The translations under genes were made by a program, and so were the position numbers. The notes under the pieces are model-generated. The model made no database searches and was not told the origin of the DNA. It saw only the letters and a list, made by a program, of their open reading frames with translations. A stretch of 64,000 nt of DNA from a virus (taxonomy: Duplodnaviria > Caudoviricetes), in IMG/VR virus record IMGVR_UViG_2974586258_000001, positions 32,001-96,000 of that record; one strand, 5' to 3'. This document shows, in pieces, positions 20,488-30,005 of this stretch; the first letter of the stretch is position 1, and each line of letters opens with the position of its first letter.

Positions 20488-21215
20488 TAATTACCTCCAA
20501 AACTTAATTTAGATTGGACTTGACTTTGTGGAACAGAGGTTGTTAGTCCTTCATCTAAAAAGATCTTACTAAACGGAGCTGTCAAGTTTTTAGTCTCAGT
20601 AACTGTAACTTCTTTTCTGCGAATTAAATCGGGAACACTACCTTGCTTAGCCCCTTTATTTTGATTTGTTTTTGATGTGTTGTTTAAATCAGCACCAACA
20701 TTTATAGCAAGGACCGTTTTTCCTACAGTAACAGTTCTCATTTCACTAAGTGAAATATTAAATGTCATTTGGTCTGATGGACCTTCACGATTCATATCAA
20801 GCGAGCTGATAACGTAATTACTGATTGCACCTTCTTCAAATTCTAATGATATTCCGGCACGACTATCCCGTGCTGCTTTTAATACTTCATAAGCTTTTGA
20901 AATACGTCCTGAAGATTTTGGAGAATTTGGGTCTGTGTTGGTATCCCATTCTACTTCTTTTCTTACGAGGTATGGTGCAGTAGTAACACGACCAACAAAA
21001 CTAAACTTTCCATCAGGAGAGAATACATGGTCTGTAATGTTAGAGCGTGATTCTATAGGATATTGTGTTTTTTCGTTTTGTAATGAAATATTGTAGTTAT
21101 CTACACTATCAAAAATCATTACAATTTCAGACTCTGGTAGAGCAGAAAGCTTTGAATTTATGTCAGATGCTTTTGTTCCACTCTTTAGGCCAGAGATAAA
21201 CATTGTGTAAGCCAT
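20487..21215 (-). CDS. Tail tube initiator / Dit-like protein
   Basis: TQYPIESRSNITDH motif; lies downstream of the tape measure gene. Confidence 0.75.
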   Translation of the reverse strand: MAYTMFISGLKSGTKASDINSKLSALPESEIVMIFDSVDNYNISLQNEKTQYPIESRSNITDHVFSPDGKFSFVGRVTTAPYLVRKEVEWDTNTDPNSPKSSGRISKAYEVLKAARDSRAGISLEFEEGAISNYVISSLDMNREGPSDQMTFNISLSEMRTVTVGKTVLAINVGADLNNTSKTNQNKGAKQGSVPDLIRRKEVTVTETKNLTAPFSKIFLDEGLTTSVPQSQVQSKLSFGGN

Positions 21216-21266
21216 TATTAATCCCTATGTTATTCATTTATCAATAACATTATAAACTTATAAATA

Positions 21267-21295
21267 ATCTTATCACAAAAACATAAAATATTCAA
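21267..21295 (-). promoter_or_regulatory. Conserved phage promoter (TTGAAT-17-TAAGAT, TGn extended -10)
   Basis: Member of a 9-copy motif; upstream of the baseplate genes. Confidence 0.7.
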
Positions 21296-21342
21296 GAGTT
21301 TAACAATGCTTTAAATATTAAAATTAGAAACAATATTAAAAT

Positions 21343-21367
21343 AAAGGGTTGAATTAACAACCCTTTT
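21343..21367 (-). terminator. Intrinsic terminator after tape measure
   Basis: AAAGGGTTG-AATTAA-CAACCCTTT hairpin. Confidence 0.75.
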
Positions 21368-21386
21368 AATTTGTTTAAGACTATTA

Positions 21387-23537
21387 TTAGTCTGACATCA
21401 AGTTAATCAGCGTATTACCGAAATTAGAAGTCCCTGCATCTACTTCAACTTTAACAGCATCAGCAAACTTAGTGCCATCAGGAACAACTTTTACATTAAT
21501 AGTTTGTGGTGACTGATTCATCAAAGGAGAAGGCCCTGACATTGGTGCAAGTACAGAAGGAACCCTGATACCTGAGACAGAAGATTGCAAACTTGGTCGC
21601 ATATCTGTTCGCATAGTTGGGGCACCAAATATGCTATCAACAACACTCTTTTGCCAAGGGACAAAATAATCTTGGACAAAATTATGGAACAAGTAGAATG
21701 AGCCAGCTCCCATAGCAACAGGTGTTGCCCCAAATCTTGCTGCTCCTGCTGTGGCAGCTCCAGCTCCCCCTGTTGCAGCCGCTGCTGCACCACCTACGGC
21801 GGTTGCTGCTGGAAGCAACTTAGGAATCATTTTAAGAGCTTTGACGATTGACCACAAAAACCCTGAAAGTTTAGCAAAAGCACTAGCTGCAATTAAAACA
21901 CCTGCTGCTTGCGCTACCCAACTACCTTCAATTTCTTTTAGTGCAGGAATTAATTGTGTCAGAGGATCAAGAATATATTTATTAAGATAATGGTATGTCA
22001 ACAATGAAACATCGTGAACTGTTCCACCAAAATACATAAAACCATCAACTAACCCACCAAGAGCAATACCGATTGCTCTAGCTGCACCTTCATTGTTTTT
22101 AAGTGCAAAAGCTAGACTGTTAAATGTGCGAGTCAAAGCCTCACCAAAGCCTGACATGAAGATTACGTTTTGGAAATTAGTCCATGTTTGTTGTAAGCGG
22201 CGCATAGCAACACCATTACTATTGAGCATTTTTTCAAGTGCTCCGCCTTTCTTGGCTGCATCAGACATCATCTTCCCCATCAAAGGTAAGATATCCTCTG
22301 CGAGTAACTGTCCTTTTTCCATCATTTTAAAAAATTCAGGGGTTGTCAACTCTTTTCCTGAAAATTCCGATGCAGCTTTTCTAAAAAGATCTAATGCTCC
22401 GGGGAGCTGCTCGCCGATTTGATTTTTTACTTCTTCGCTCATCAATTGCCCTTTGTTGGCAATTTGTGTAAAACCAAGAAGTGCTTTTTCAAATCTAAAC
22501 TGGTCAAGCCCGAGAGCTGTGGAGTATTCACTAAGACCAGTAAACAATTCTTGGGTTTGTCCACTTGACATGATTTCTTTAGATGCTACGCTCATCTGAA
22601 CGAAACCTTGAGCTGCTGTCTTCAAATCAAGGCCCAATCTATAGGCTTCATCTCTGATAAATTGAATCTTAGAAGCTGTCTCAGAGGTGCTATCAGATGT
22701 CATAGACATTGCAGCATTAATACCTTCAAACATCTGACCTGTGCGCATAACTGCGGCACCACCAGTAAATGCAAGGTTGGCTGCCGTCAAAGCAATAAAG
22801 GCTGAACGGACTTCACGCAATGTTCCAAGGAAATCTCTGCCACCCGCACTAGCTCGCTTGAAATCACGTTCTAATGCTGCTACACTCTGTCTATATACTT
22901 GTAAGCTAATTGCACCAGATTTTAATTGAGCATTTAATGATGCTACCTGTTGACCCATTGCTGCATTTCCAGCACCTCCAAACATACTTGTACGTCTGAT
23001 ATTTCCCGCACTGATTGTTTCTTGGGCTCTTGCAGATCTATTGGCTTCATTTCGTTGATTTCGTATTGCTTCTCTACGAGCAATCAGCATATCACGAGAA
23101 GGCATAGGGCCCATGAATTGCCCTGCAATCTTATTCTTAAATTGTTCTTGTCGTTTTGCTTCAGATTCTTGCCTGCGAGCATCAATCTCTCTTAATTTTC
23201 TAAGGGTATCATTATGCTTTTTTGTTGCTGTTTCTGTTTGTCTTGCAATTCGTGCTTGTTCTTGGACAGCTTTCTTTGCTTCCCGTTGCTGCATTTTAGT
23301 ATTGGTTCCGGGGGAGAATGGCATAGGGCCAACAAATTGACTCCGGCTGCCACCACCTCCCCTGCCAGATGTTCCTGCAATCCTACGTCCGGCAGACATA
23401 GCAGAACTCATCTTTCCCTGCACCTTTGCCCATTCCGAGCCAACTTTTCGTATAGCCATTAATGCACGTTTATACGAGGTGTTGTCAACTTTGAAGGTTA
23501 CAATATTTGTGATTTTGCTCACATTTATTTCTGTCAC
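21387..23537 (-). CDS. Tail tape measure protein
   Basis: Tape_meas_lam_C-type motif QIANKGQLMSEEVKNQIGEQLPGA; Ala/Gly-rich helical sequence; follows the chaperones. Confidence 0.92.
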   Translation of the reverse strand: MTEINVSKITNIVTFKVDNTSYKRALMAIRKVGSEWAKVQGKMSSAMSAGRRIAGTSGRGGGGSRSQFVGPMPFSPGTNTKMQQREAKKAVQEQARIARQTETATKKHNDTLRKLREIDARRQESEAKRQEQFKNKIAGQFMGPMPSRDMLIARREAIRNQRNEANRSARAQETISAGNIRRTSMFGGAGNAAMGQQVASLNAQLKSGAISLQVYRQSVAALERDFKRASAGGRDFLGTLREVRSAFIALTAANLAFTGGAAVMRTGQMFEGINAAMSMTSDSTSETASKIQFIRDEAYRLGLDLKTAAQGFVQMSVASKEIMSSGQTQELFTGLSEYSTALGLDQFRFEKALLGFTQIANKGQLMSEEVKNQIGEQLPGALDLFRKAASEFSGKELTTPEFFKMMEKGQLLAEDILPLMGKMMSDAAKKGGALEKMLNSNGVAMRRLQQTWTNFQNVIFMSGFGEALTRTFNSLAFALKNNEGAARAIGIALGGLVDGFMYFGGTVHDVSLLTYHYLNKYILDPLTQLIPALKEIEGSWVAQAAGVLIAASAFAKLSGFLWSIVKALKMIPKLLPAATAVGGAAAAATGGAGAATAGAARFGATPVAMGAGSFYLFHNFVQDYFVPWQKSVVDSIFGAPTMRTDMRPSLQSSVSGIRVPSVLAPMSGPSPLMNQSPQTINVKVVPDGTKFADAVKVEVDAGTSNFGNTLINLMSD

Positions 23538-23571
23538 TTTTCCTCACATTTATATTGTTGTGAAACAAAAT

Positions 23572-23600
23572 AAGCCGCCACCTTTTCAGGGGCAGCCTAA
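23572..23600 (-). terminator. Bulged-hairpin terminator after the chaperone genes (repeat copy A)
   Basis: Minus strand GGCTGCC-CCTGAAAAGGT-GGCGGCT followed by a T-rich tail. Confidence 0.7.
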
Positions 23601-23615
23601 AAGCTTATCTACAAA

Positions 23616-24367
23616 TTATGACCGTCTAGGTTTGTTGTTCATACGTTCTACTTCGTCATCTTGAACAGCCTGAGCAACATTTTCTACAAATGTTTTCATT
23701 TCAACGTAATCGTTCAACCTAAATAGATCATCCATTGAGATTTCATCCAAAGAGAATATAGTTTCATTAGTAGAACTCAAGACATTAAATCTTAACATAT
23801 CAAACCAGTCGAGATGGGAATTCTCCCCCACATATTGAATAGCTTTTTTAACTATAGGGTTAATTTTGATTTGTTTTGATTTTCTAAGTACTAAGCTTAT
23901 TTCTTCTTTGCTTAACTTTTGGTCTTGTTCAGTTGATTGTCCAGACTTGCTACCTTCAGCGCTTCCTGAACCAATTCTTTGATCTGGTTCAGCGCCTTGC
24001 CGAAAAAACTCTTATAGTAGTGTTCTAGGCACTTAGTAAGAATTTCAAGAACTTCGTGTGGCTCTAGGTCATCCATGTCTAACTTGCCAACACCGCCTGC
24101 ACCAGTGACATCTTCTGTAATCAATGCGAACAGTTTCTCGAAACCTTTATCGTCTAGTTCTTCACAAACAAATAGCAATACTCCGGGCACTACTTCACTC
24201 AACCGTTCACCACCTTGCAGTGCTTCAGTTAATGCAGAGGACATAGGTGCAAACAACTTACCAAGTTTAAACAGGTTCTGATATGTCTTGCGTGTACTCC
24301 AATCTGTGATAAAGTAATCTTTCTTATTAGAGAGTGTGACTTCGTGAGCCATCAATTGTTTTGCCAT
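23616..24367 (-). CDS. Tail assembly chaperone, -1 frameshift product (gpGT-like, about 250 aa)
   Basis: Slippery heptamer T TTT TTC at 24008-24002. The -1 frame is open without stops into ORF 23831-23616. Confidence 0.85.
23912..24367 (-). CDS. Tail assembly chaperone (gpG-like)
   Basis: Lies between tail tube and tape measure; contains the slippery site (KSFFG). Confidence 0.85.
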   Translation of the reverse strand: MAKQLMAHEVTLSNKKDYFITDWSTRKTYQNLFKLGKLFAPMSSALTEALQGGERLSEVVPGVLLFVCEELDDKGFEKLFALITEDVTGAGGVGKLDMDDLEPHEVLEILTKCLEHYYKSFFGKALNQIKELVQEALKVASLDNQLNKTKS

Positions 24368-24430
24368 TATAAAATTCCTTTAGCTTTGTAGTTTAAAATT
24401 GCTTATAATATAGTTATTGTTTTTGTTGCT

Positions 24431-24458
24431 AAAAAGAGGGTGCCGCTACCGACACCCA
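24431..24458 (-). terminator. Intrinsic terminator after tail tube
   Basis: Minus strand GGGTGTCG-GTAG-CGGCACCC-TCTTTTT. Confidence 0.8.
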
Positions 24459-24497
24459 ACTACATAGCAAACTTTATTATATTTTATATTGCTTATT

Positions 24498-24971
24498 TTA
24501 TACGATACCCAAGAAACCTGCTGCCGCGCCAAGAACACCAGTAGCAGTAGAAGGTGCATACCAGCAATCCAAGACATAGAGTTCCCAGTCGAGTGTGCCT
24601 CCTTCCGATCCATAAGTAAGATCAGGTTGGCGTTGAATATTTGCAAATGAAGCAATAGTCGGACCTTGAGAACCTTCAAGCAGGATGGGGAACCACACTA
24701 GACCTGTAGCATCAGCTTGTTTTTGCCAAGCACTCAGATAGTCATTAAATCCAGAGGCATTCTGAAGGCTCAGTGTAAGTACACCAGAACGGTCACGAGA
24801 AAGGGCGGCAGACGCCTCCCCATCAGTACCAGTCATGGTCATAATATTGTCACTGTTACGACTTACAGTGATTTTAGTATCTGGTGCAAAGCCGTATGCA
24901 CGGACACCACCCAAGTAAAGCTTGACGTTCTTAGGGTCATATGCTTGCAAGGAAAGCAGTTGTGTAGACAT
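24498..24971 (-). CDS. Tail tube protein
   Basis: YDPKNVKL...GFA..T.I motif typical of DUF3277-type tubes; follows the sheath gene. Confidence 0.85.
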   Translation of the reverse strand: MSTQLLSLQAYDPKNVKLYLGGVRAYGFAPDTKITVSRNSDNIMTMTGTDGEASAALSRDRSGVLTLSLQNASGFNDYLSAWQKQADATGLVWFPILLEGSQGPTIASFANIQRQPDLTYGSEGGTLDWELYVLDCWYAPSTATGVLGAAAGFLGIV

Positions 24972-24995
24972 TGTTTATTTTCTCCTGTTCAGCAA

Positions 24996-26390
24996 TTAAG
25001 CAGTAATACGGTCAAGTTCAACAAATGCGCGGATCTTGATGAAGTGCAGGCTGTTGTTGTAAACTACCTCGATACGGCAGTTGTCAAGGAAGCGAGCTGC
25101 AAGATCGTTAGTTGGGATTTGATTGCGGGGCGGAATCACAATAATCGGGCTGTAATCTGTCTTACCATCTGAGCTAAACCCATCCAAAATACCACCATTA
25201 CGAATTGCTGGGTTAATTGGGTCATTCAGCCAAATACTGCGCAATACAGGAAGGTCTTGGTCAGACATCTTCATGCTTTGTCCCAAGTTACTACGGCGAT
25301 AGAGATAGCCGAACGTACTTTCGTCCAACTTAGCCTTAAACCAATGGCTAAAGCGGATAGTATCGAAATACTGACCGGATGCTACCTTACCTTCCCAAAT
25401 AACATTCTGACCTTTTACTGTACGATAGACGTTACCATTCTTGTCCCATACAGTCTCACGGTCAGTAACAGAGCTGGCATAGACTGCAATAGATGGCATA
25501 GTCTTCAGGTGCAGTGAATCACCAAAGCTTGGATCTACGGTTGCACATGCCCCTACAATCCCACCTTCACTCCAATCTTCGTCAGCATCAGGATGATAGA
25601 AACCAATGGAGGTATCATATGCCAAAGCTTTCAATTCAGACACAATATCAGTTGTCAATGCAGGATTGACAATATCTGTATCAGCAGAGCTATAAACATG
25701 CATACGATTAGGTTCTGCACTTGCAGCATAAGCAGCAGCGGCTTTGATATCAGTATCAGTATGGCTTTCGGTACTCAGGAAATACCAATTGCTATCTTCT
25801 GCATTAATCAACGGTAGACCAACAGCTACAGTTTCAGAGCTGGTGTTGTTAATGACATACTGGCCTTCCATAGAATAACCGACACTGACTACTTCGGATG
25901 CAGTAGGTGCAATAGTTACAACACCGAGAGCACTAGAAGCAGTGATCAGAGCCCCAATATCAGTATCAGCTTCAAGGGCGGCAGCTACTGCGGTAGCAGC
26001 CTGAGTGGGAGTAGATGCAGCAGACAAGGAAGCAGTCGAGATAACCTTAACAAAAGAACTGGTATTTGTTTTAACGGTAACGTTCAGTGTCAAAACACCA
26101 GAATAAGAAGCTTGATTATAAGTCACAGTTGTGCCAGTATAAGCAAGTCGCCCAACTTTAACTACATCGGGACGGAACTTACCAGCAAAACAGTTTTCAG
26201 CAAAACGATGCACTGGGCTGCCTACTGCAAAACCAGCAGAAACAATACTATCAAGATCGCTGTAAGATTGAACTCGTGTAGTAAAAACATTAGTAGGTGT
26301 AACGAATAGGGGTGTGTCGAAGCCTAGTTGGTCGATTGGACTAGTTCCAAGTGAAACTACTACATCGACAACTTTATCTTTGTATGCCAT
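24996..26390 (-). CDS. Tail sheath protein (DUF3383-like)
   Basis: GFDTPLF, GKVASGQYFDTIR and LHFIKI motifs; 464 aa. Confidence 0.88.
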   Translation of the reverse strand: MAYKDKVVDVVVSLGTSPIDQLGFDTPLFVTPTNVFTTRVQSYSDLDSIVSAGFAVGSPVHRFAENCFAGKFRPDVVKVGRLAYTGTTVTYNQASYSGVLTLNVTVKTNTSSFVKVISTASLSAASTPTQAATAVAAALEADTDIGALITASSALGVVTIAPTASEVVSVGYSMEGQYVINNTSSETVAVGLPLINAEDSNWYFLSTESHTDTDIKAAAAYAASAEPNRMHVYSSADTDIVNPALTTDIVSELKALAYDTSIGFYHPDADEDWSEGGIVGACATVDPSFGDSLHLKTMPSIAVYASSVTDRETVWDKNGNVYRTVKGQNVIWEGKVASGQYFDTIRFSHWFKAKLDESTFGYLYRRSNLGQSMKMSDQDLPVLRSIWLNDPINPAIRNGGILDGFSSDGKTDYSPIIVIPPRNQIPTNDLAARFLDNCRIEVVYNNSLHFIKIRAFVELDRITA

Positions 26391-26426
26391 GAATATTAAT
26401 CCTCTTTATTTGTGGATTGATTAAAA

Positions 26427-27416
26427 TTAAACTAATTTGAGATTAATTAGAGCTGAAATAAATAGATCTTCAAGTATTTCCAAGTCTTTCTCTTCTATTG
26501 TTTCAGTAAAACCATCTTGAAAAATTTCAGGTAATACTACACCGCGCATCAAAGATTTAGACCTTTTTATAAAACTTTCAACGTACTGGGCTATTCTCCC
26601 GTCCTTCCAAGTTTTAATATATAAAATTTCATAGTTAAAATGTGTTTTTGATGCCTGTTCTTCTATTCTCTTTTTAACTTTTAAATTAGTAATTCCAAAT
26701 TTAATAAAGTTGTGGGAATCCTTTGACCACTTTACTATGTAAAATGAGCCAGCTTTGTTTGGCCTGTATCCGTGGCTTGCGCAACTGGGGCACCTAGATT
26801 CTTTGCTTATAAAATCTATGTACCTGACAGTCTGCACTCCATGCGTTGGACATTCGTATTGAAATCTTGCACTAGGTGCAGATTTATAACCATCAACAAA
26901 ACCAATAGGTACGTAATTTTCTGTTTTACATATTTTAACGCACCTCTCCAAGGCTACAGTTTCTTTTGTTTTCAGTCTATCGGCCAATTCCCTGTATTTA
27001 CATTTAGGGCAACCACTAGACCTATTAAGTACATTGTCAGCTCTTGTTATCCAAGTGTGTTTATCAATGTTGCAAAGGAGTTTAATTTTTGTGGACTTAC
27101 CTTTATAATTTTCGGTGAACCCGCAAACCTGAACATCTTTTCCATTTAAATTGCGAGAGATTCTTAGTAAGTATTGCCATGATTTCCACCTATGATTTTT
27201 CGCGCAGCCGCATGGTTTCTTCCCTTCTTTTAAGTGATATTTTGTACTGACGAAATAACCATCTGGAAATAGCTCTCTATCCTTAGAACACTCTGTGCAT
27301 GTAACTTTGAAAGTAGTTTGTTTTCCTTTAATATTCTCATGCACACCTACAACTTCTAACTTACCATCTTTGGATTTCCAACCAATAAAGGTGTTTTCCT
27401 TTTCGCTGTTAGTGAT
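26427..27416 (-). CDS. Free-standing zinc-ribbon/GIY-YIG-like endonuclease (copy 3); probable ATC start at 27416
   Basis: Family N-terminus FIGWKSKDGKLEVVG extends upstream of the GTG at 27344; C-terminal FYIVKW..FIKFGITN...DGFTET. Confidence 0.72.
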   Translation of the reverse strand: MTNSEKENTFIGWKSKDGKLEVVGVHENIKGKQTTFKVTCTECSKDRELFPDGYFVSTKYHLKEGKKPCGCAKNHRWKSWQYLLRISRNLNGKDVQVCGFTENYKGKSTKIKLLCNIDKHTWITRADNVLNRSSGCPKCKYRELADRLKTKETVALERCVKICKTENYVPIGFVDGYKSAPSARFQYECPTHGVQTVRYIDFISKESRCPSCASHGYRPNKAGSFYIVKWSKDSHNFIKFGITNLKVKKRIEEQASKTHFNYEILYIKTWKDGRIAQYVESFIKRSKSLMRGVVLPEIFQDGFTETIEEKDLEILEDLFISALINLKLV

Positions 27417-27431
27417 ACGTCCTCCATAAAT

Positions 27432-27977
27432 TTAAGTAATACTTACATCAGAGACCACTTCCACATCTTGAATGGGACCTCTTATAGTGCTGGTAAGACG
27501 AACACGAAGAAGATCTTCAAATACTCCGTAATCAGAGTCTACGAAAAGGCAGTTAAAAGTAATAACAAATCTAGACCTATCTTCATATTCTTGATAATTT
27601 AGTACTACTCGTTGTTTTATTGCATTTGTGCAAGAAGCAAAAGCGAATCTCGGATCTTTAAAATATTCATAGTTAATCCAAGGAAGATGAAGAGAATGTT
27701 TTATTTTTGCAGCATCATTTAATGTATCACCTTTGCAAACAGTAATGATAAAATTAACTTGGCTATTCCAACTTTGTCTCACAAAACCATTATCATCCAA
27801 TTCTTCATTGGAGTGCCAATTAGGGTCTGCAATAACCGATTGCTCAATCATTACATAGTCATCAGTTTGTTTAGGGATTACAGATTCACCTACCAATATT
27901 AATTTTCTATTTGTTACGGTTTTAATAAAGAAACCTAACTTATTGGTAAGGTCTTGAATTAATGTTTCATCATGCAC
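27432..27977 (-). CDS. Tail terminator / neck protein
   Basis: Synteny; YEDRSRFVITFN motif. Confidence 0.65.
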   Translation of the reverse strand: MHDETLIQDLTNKLGFFIKTVTNRKLILVGESVIPKQTDDYVMIEQSVIADPNWHSNEELDDNGFVRQSWNSQVNFIITVCKGDTLNDAAKIKHSLHLPWINYEYFKDPRFAFASCTNAIKQRVVLNYQEYEDRSRFVITFNCLFVDSDYGVFEDLLRVRLTSTIRGPIQDVEVVSDVSIT

Positions 27978-27986
27978 TAAAACTCC

Positions 27987-28406
27987 TTACTCAAAAGCAC
28001 TTGGTTCTAAGATAACTAAATATTGATAACGCGATACGCCAGTATATGGGAAACTAAGAGCACGTAATACAGTAAACCACAACTGTCTACCTGTAATACT
28101 ATTCAATTGCACTTGGTCACTCATAATTCCTGTACCATCAATGCCAACAATCAAAGGGTCTGATGTCCACAAATAATATGATTCATAACTCTTTAGTCCG
28201 GCTTCAGATAATTGACTTTCAAACTTCTTAACAGCATCGCCAGTCAATGGTTGAACAGAACACTTATTAATTGTTTTGTTTGTAAAAGTTATTGTGTTAT
28301 TATCATTCTCAAACGGACTACTTGGGTCTTTTACCGAGGATCTTGAACGTGCATTCAATATAACTTGAGGTAGGAGTGAATTAGACCCAATTAATGAGTA
28401 ACTCAT
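27987..28406 (-). CDS. Head closure/stopper protein
   Basis: CSVQPL motif; synteny. Confidence 0.65.
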   Translation of the reverse strand: MSYSLIGSNSLLPQVILNARSRSSVKDPSSPFENDNNTITFTNKTINKCSVQPLTGDAVKKFESQLSEAGLKSYESYYLWTSDPLIVGIDGTGIMSDQVQLNSITGRQLWFTVLRALSFPYTGVSRYQYLVILEPSAFE

Positions 28407-28918
28407 TAGAATCTACCTCCTTTGTTGAAGTTGTATTCAGCATTCTGTGTAACTTTATATTTGCAGGAGTCACGAAGATCTCCAAAATGAATCATAGCTT
28501 CATCAAACCCTTTCTGTTTTGCCCAATCTGGACTAACCTTCGGATTAGAGAAAGTTCCTGCATCAATAGTAAATTGGATAGACTCAACATACTTCTGACC
28601 TACAACCTTCAATGCAGTTTCTGGCATCTTTCCTGCAACCACAATACTTCTGTAAACATTCTTAATTAATCTGGGAAGTTCATACTTGAAAGATAAAGAG
28701 CTTGTTAACATCACATTACGTTGAGGAAGGTTCCCGTAACCAAATTCATGGATGTTCATCAACTGTGCTGTGGTCATTCCAGAATAATGTGGATCATCAT
28801 AGAAACCAGCTTCAACTTGTGTTTTAACTAGTTGTTCTAATCGTTTCTCAAATCTTCGTAAACCTGACATATCCATTTTTGTTGTAGCTTTCATTTTAAT
28901 CATAAAATATAACTCCAA
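28406..28918 (-). CDS. Neck / tail completion protein
   Basis: AGF...A.LMNIHEFG..N.PQR and KGF...I..G.LR motifs. Confidence 0.75.
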   Translation of the reverse strand: MELYFMIKMKATTKMDMSGLRRFEKRLEQLVKTQVEAGFYDDPHYSGMTTAQLMNIHEFGYGNLPQRNVMLTSSLSFKYELPRLIKNVYRSIVVAGKMPETALKVVGQKYVESIQFTIDAGTFSNPKVSPDWAKQKGFDEAMIHFGDLRDSCKYKVTQNAEYNFNKGGRF

Positions 28919-28929
28919 GCTACATAAGT

Positions 28930-29433
28930 TTAGTCTTCATAAACAAAAGGGTTTTTAGGGTTTCGATATCGTGAGGTGTAGTCAACAACACCATCAACAC
29001 TATAAGCACCTTTGCTGTTTGGATCTTTACGAACTTCTTCAAATTTATCTTTGCGTACACCGCCGATGATAATGAGGTTATCAAAACCACCAAGGCTTGG
29101 GTCAATGAAGTCTGGATTCTCTGTGATATATTGCAGCAAATCTTTCCAAGCTTGTAATTGTGATCCACCAGTAACAGATATCTGTTCTTGTCCTATCTTT
29201 TCAGTGCGACCTGTTCCTACATTACCAGAACTAACTGTTTTGGATATTAGATACTGAAGACATGAAACTGTGGTGTTCCAAAGGACAAGAGGTTCGTTCT
29301 CAGGTTTATTGTCCACATCGAATTGCAATTCCCACCGAGATAAAAACAAATCAATCGTGGCAGTAGGTAAAAGTTGTTCAGAGATATCCCCGAGGATAAC
29401 TCTAATATAAGCGATTCTTTCCTCGTGAGTCAT
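28930..29433 (-). CDS. Head-tail adaptor
   Basis: IRVILGD and TEKIGQEQISV motifs; synteny. Confidence 0.7.
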   Translation of the reverse strand: MTHEERIAYIRVILGDISEQLLPTATIDLFLSRWELQFDVDNKPENEPLVLWNTTVSCLQYLISKTVSSGNVGTGRTEKIGQEQISVTGGSQLQAWKDLLQYITENPDFIDPSLGGFDNLIIIGGVRKDKFEEVRKDPNSKGAYSVDGVVDYTSRYRNPKNPFVYED

Positions 29434-29516
29434 ATTATCCTCAGAACTTAAATAGTATTAGATATTTCATATCTGTTGCAAAAATTAATAATTAAATAGT
29501 TTTGGTTCATTAACAA

Positions 29517-29545
29517 ATCTTACCACAAATATATAAAATTTTCAA
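29517..29545 (-). promoter_or_regulatory. Conserved phage promoter (TTGAAA-17-TAAGAT)
   Basis: Member of the 9-copy motif; upstream of the neck genes. Confidence 0.7.
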
Positions 29546-29607
29546 TCTGTTAAAGAACTTTATTATTTAAAACTACTAAATATTTACAACTTATAACACC
29601 TAGCCTA

Positions 29608-29922
29608 TTATTTTGCTTTAGTACGACCGCGAGGTTTTGGGGCTTCTTCAGCTTTAACTACTTCTGTTTCAGTTTGTTTTTCTTCTTGGAAACCAAGCAG
29701 TGTTACAAACGGAAGTTCAAAACATTCTTCAACATTTAATTTGGCATTTGCATGTTCAATCAGAGCACGAATAAAGAAGTGGAAGTTAGGGGTCTGATAC
29801 TCATGGCCATCTTTTGTTACAAAACAATAATCAAAAGAAACTAATGTCTTTTCATAATCAATATCAGAGACTTTGGAAATTGCTGACAATACCTCAGCTT
29901 TAGTTACATATTCTTGCTGCAT
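29608..29922 (-). CDS. Hypothetical protein downstream of capsid
   Basis: Clean ORF with RBS; basic tail KPRGRTKAK. Confidence 0.7.
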   Translation of the reverse strand: MQQEYVTKAEVLSAISKVSDIDYEKTLVSFDYCFVTKDGHEYQTPNFHFFIRALIEHANAKLNVEECFELPFVTLLGFQEEKQTETEVVKAEEAPKPRGRTKAK

Positions 29923-29956
29923 TATTAATCCTATTTGCTATGCTATATCATAAACA

Positions 29957-29988
29957 AAGGCCGCCACCCTTAACGGGGGCAGCCTAAG
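29957..29988 (-). terminator. Bulged-hairpin terminator after major capsid (repeat copy B)
   Basis: Minus strand AGGCTGCC-CCCGTTAAGGGT-GGCGGCCT-TTGTTT. Confidence 0.75.
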
Positions 29989-30005
29989 AGCTTACTTACA
30001 AATTA

